From: Atractiella rhizophila
Lineage: Eukaryota
Direction of reading: 5' to 3'
Assembly: GCA_021432655.1 (NCBI GenBank)
Contig: MU271227.1
Span: 86,576-135,027, forward strand
DNA: 48,452 nt
In this document: one piece after another, positions 47,179 to 48,452 of the stretch
Position numbering within the stretch: the stretch's first letter is position 1
Layout of the letters: every line of letters begins with the position of its first letter
The notes under the pieces: generated by a model
Told to the model about the DNA's origin: nothing
Databases searched by the model: none
The model's input: only the letters and a program-made list of their open reading frames with translations
Program-made: the position numbers and the translations under genes

Positions 47179-48452
47179 CTACTTGCGTCCCCTCCTCTCT
47201 TTCCCCCTCGGTCTCGCCTGGACCACGAGCTGGTTGCCCCTCTTCCCTCCTGGCTTCCTCGTCCGCGTGAACTTGAGGATGCCGTTGGCGGACTGAGGGT
47301 GTTTGTTCGATTTCGACTTTCCTCTTCCACCTATCCAAACAAAAAGAAGTTAACATCTCCCTTCTGACGACGAAGGAGAAAAAAGGAATGCGCACCTCCA
47401 AGAGGATGATCGACCCTGTTCATAGCCACACCTCTAACCTTAGGTCTCCTCCCCATCCACCTCGCCCTTCCCGCCTTTCCCAAAACCTCATACCGATGAT
47501 CCGGATTACTAACCTCACCAATCGTAGCACAACAATCGCCCTTGACCTTCCTGACCTCACCGCTGCTCAACCGAACATGCACATACTCTCCCTCGCCTCC
47601 AGAGACCGTCTCAGCGTACGCTCCGGCCGAGCGCGCCAGGGACGCCTTGCCGCGAGCGTGCAGACAGATGGCGTGGATGCGCGTGCCCAGCGGAATGTAT
47701 TTCAGGGGGAGGACGTTCCCTGGGTGCAGGGCGTGCGTACGCAGCGCACCGAGGTCGAGGAGCGGGACGCGGGTCGATTTCCGCTTCTTTTCTTTTTCTT
47801 TTTGACTGGGAATCGGGGTCGTTGAGGAGGTGGACGTTGCGGTGGTTGTGGTGGTGGGGGGCGTGATGATGTCGGAATCGATGGATGGAACGTCTATGTC
47901 GATCCCTAACCGCTCTTTCGCGTCCCTGAGCGCTTGAGCCTCCTCATTCGTTTCTGGAGTTGTCATCCAACCGAGTTCTGCCTCCTCAGCCTCCGCTTCG
48001 AGTGAGAGGTTCGTGTCCTGCTCTCCCCTCTCCAACCTCATCCTCTCCCTCTCTTCCTCCGCCAAAAACTCCTCTGGCAGTCCATCCCTAAAGCTCTGCA
48101 CCTTGTCGCCCTCCCTCAAACCTACAGGAGCGAGGATGTACGAGAGCTGGTTTGTCTCCGTATGTTTCAACAAAGCAATATGAGCGGTCCTCCCAGGATC
48201 ATATTCGATCCTCAAGACCTCTTGCACGCCTCCCTCCCTCCTAAAAAAGTCCACCAACCTGATCCGTCTCTTATGACCGCCACCCCTCCCCCTCGTCACA
48301 TTCTTTCCCGTATTGTTCCTCCCGCCCGTGCTCTTCTTCGGTATCGTGAGCGCACGCAGCGGCTCGCCCTGCCACAGATGGGGGTTGTACACCCGCTTCT
48401 GGTGCCGGATCGACGGCGTGATGGGCTTCCAGGTCTTCATGGTCACGCCTCC
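47179..48452 (-). CDS. RML2: Mitochondrial ribosomal protein uL2m, 5'-partial (start lies beyond the window)
   Basis: KTWKPITPSIRH, GGRNNTG..RGRGGGHKRR, RIEYDPGRTAHIAL, ARSAG, RLSSGEVR, GKAGR.RW.G.RPKVRGVAMNRVDHPLG|GGRGKSK; stop TAG at 47181-47179. Confidence 0.96.

Overview
Gene-dense, intron-rich fungal nuclear DNA. Introns are mostly 45-65 nt with GTNNGY-type donors and CTRAY-like branch points, consistent with a basidiomycete (probably Pucciniomycotina; inference). I reconstructed 16 distinct spliced protein genes by hand, in order: SIZ1/PIAS SUMO ligase, class V PLP aminotransferase, BRR2, a thioredoxin-TPR fusion, MAD2, two tail-to-tail paralogous Zn2Cys6 factors, a large disordered protein, GUF1, NAPE-PLD/FMP30-like, RluA-family pseudouridine synthase, TRM6, histone H1, GFA/CENP-V-like protein, a Ser/Thr-rich GPI-type protein, an F-box/LRR-like protein and mitochondrial uL2 (partial). 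Three near-identical tandem duplications (1381, 1254 and 1864 bp units) cut through genes and look like two haplotypes assembled end to end. The best leads are: (i) a WCQPC thioredoxin fused to an EEVD-clamp-type TPR domain, a candidate fungal chaperone-docked reductase; (ii) a weak-AUG / 660-nt AUG-free / strong-AUG layout in SIZ1 that suggests two isoforms; (iii) the convergent Zn-cluster paralog pair with strongly asymmetric intron content. I recognised no tRNA, rRNA, transposon or CRISPR array. Exon boundaries are manual and unverified by RNA data.
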